From Gammaproteobacteria bacterium (lineage in GTDB: Bacteria; Pseudomonadota; Gammaproteobacteria; Eutrophobiales; Eutrophobiaceae): a DNA stretch of 64,000 bases. Shown here piece by piece: positions 62,948 through 64,000 of this stretch. A program made the translations under genes and the position numbers. Below the pieces are notes generated by a model. The model searched no databases, was not told where the DNA came from, and saw only the letters and a list, made by a program, of their open reading frames with translations. Where the stretch lies: positions 1,824,001 through 1,888,000 of the forward strand of contig CBDCTH010000012.1 of assembly GCA_965222155.1 (NCBI GenBank). The letters run 5' to 3'. Each line of letters opens with the position of its first letter. Position 1 is the first letter of the stretch.

Positions 62948-64000
62948 TCATTCTTCAGCCGGTTGTAGAGGGGTAACCGGAAGTTTATCTATTTCCGCCA
63001 CGATGTCAGCAGTCTTTATCAGAGCGACAATAATTCTCTGGTAATGCATAAGGTCATCTGATGTCAGTTTTCGGCCTATGCGATCTTTGAGCCATTTTTG
63101 TGCGGGCTGGTATCCGCCTATGTAATGTTCCCAGGCTATCCTGGGAACACCCTCAAAATATTGTGTATCGTTGATATGCACATTACCGGTAGGATCATTC
63201 GGCTTCCTGCTTTTAAAATCGATTTTTTCAACATTATTGCTGCCTGGGATGTTGTAGCCGGTAACCAGTTGCCGGAGAGCTGGACTTTCCATTAAATGAA
63301 GCGCGCGCAATTCACTTCCTGATATGACCAATCTCCAGAACAACCCTTTGTCAGTGGGACAGGGCACTTTCGGAAAATCCGTTTTCAGGAACTCCTTGTA
63401 GCGTTTCCGATACGCGGGTGAGTGCAGAACTGCATACACATAGTCCAGTATGTCAACCGGGGCGAAGCTGACATCATCTTCCTGTTTTTCGGGTGTAAAG
63501 CGCAGCCCGAGACTGTCCTCAATGGATTCAACAATGCTTTGCTCCAGATTGGAAATTCGCTCCTTTTCAATGTGTTGTTGGACGGTATCTGGATAAATAT
63601 AGAGAGGGAAACCGGAGCTTATTTCACTCGTTTTATTTGAAACCAGAGAAGATTCAAAAATATTTTTTGTAATGAACACATGTTGGTAATGTTTGAATGA
63701 TTTGAACTGCTTGCAAAGCATTAATCCTACATTTTCCCTTATGTCCTCCTCGCTGAGGAAATGCTGCATCACTTCACCGCGAGGCATACAATGAAATCCT
63801 TTTGAATTTCCCGTGTAGTATGTATATCGGGTATCAAAGGGACGATAGTTGATTGCTAAAGCTTCGTCGTTGCCCTTAGCGAAAATGTTATCTTCCAAAT
63901 CCTGTCTTGCCATAGCGACTTTCCAATCCCTGACATCACTACCAAGTGAAAATCTGGCGCGAGCTGTTTCATCATCCATGGCACGAAATTCAGCAATTGC
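62948..64000 (-). CDS. C-terminal (specificity) part of a type IIG/ISP-like restriction-modification enzyme; 5' end beyond window
   Basis: YRPFD.RY.YY, YVYAVLHSPAYR.RY.EFLK.DFP and W...IGGYQPAQKWLKDR motifs. Confidence 0.88.
   Translation of the reverse strand, partial: AIAEFRAMDDETARARFSLGSDVRDWKVAMARQDLEDNIFAKGNDEALAINYRPFDTRYTYYTGNSKGFHCMPRGEVMQHFLSEEDIRENVGLMLCKQFKSFKHYQHVFITKNIFESSLVSNKTSEISSGFPLYIYPDTVQQHIEKERISNLEQSIVESIEDSLGLRFTPEKQEDDVSFAPVDILDYVYAVLHSPAYRKRYKEFLKTDFPKVPCPTDKGLFWRLVISGSELRALHLMESPALRQLVTGYNIPGSNNVEKIDFKSRKPNDPTGNVHINDTQYFEGVPRIAWEHYIGGYQPAQKWLKDRIGRKLTSDDLMHYQRIIVALIKTADIVAEIDKLPVTPLQPAEE

Overview
Bacterial window, probably Gammaproteobacterial. The many FN3 repeats, the autotransporter type and the several TonB receptors resemble animal- or sponge-associated marine symbionts, but that is inference. 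(1) 1-20.3 kb, minus strand: an N-acetylhexosamine-glycan locus ordered GH20, Ig-GH123, FN3-GH123, then a giant gene (>12.1 kb, running off the left edge). The giant gene reads as signal peptide + poly-C tract + ~26 FN3 domains + autotransporter-type beta-barrel, fused in frame with no stop and no second signal peptide to a TonB-dependent receptor. The ORF track misses this fusion because the frame is open to position 1; it is the top candidate for an undescribed system. (2) 20.3-23.1 kb: decayed region with IS30 relics, a deleted GH20 paralog and an orphan DNA methylase. (3) 23.2-35.3 kb: peptide/amide uptake and hydrolysis cluster. (4) 35.8-42.3 kb: TauD, two UbiD genes and a TonB receptor. 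(5) 42.4-56.8 kb: selenium neighbourhood with a hidden CxxU selenoprotein plus SECIS, selA, senA, an inverted senB and an oxidoreductase-selD fusion. It is interrupted by an integrase-less attC cassette array, a SNF2 helicase and toxin-antitoxin pairs. (6) soxBDAG coupled to selD, then hicAB and a type IIG R-M gene. Several frameshifts fall in repeats or homopolymers and may be sequencing or assembly errors. All family calls come from motif recognition; no database searches were run.
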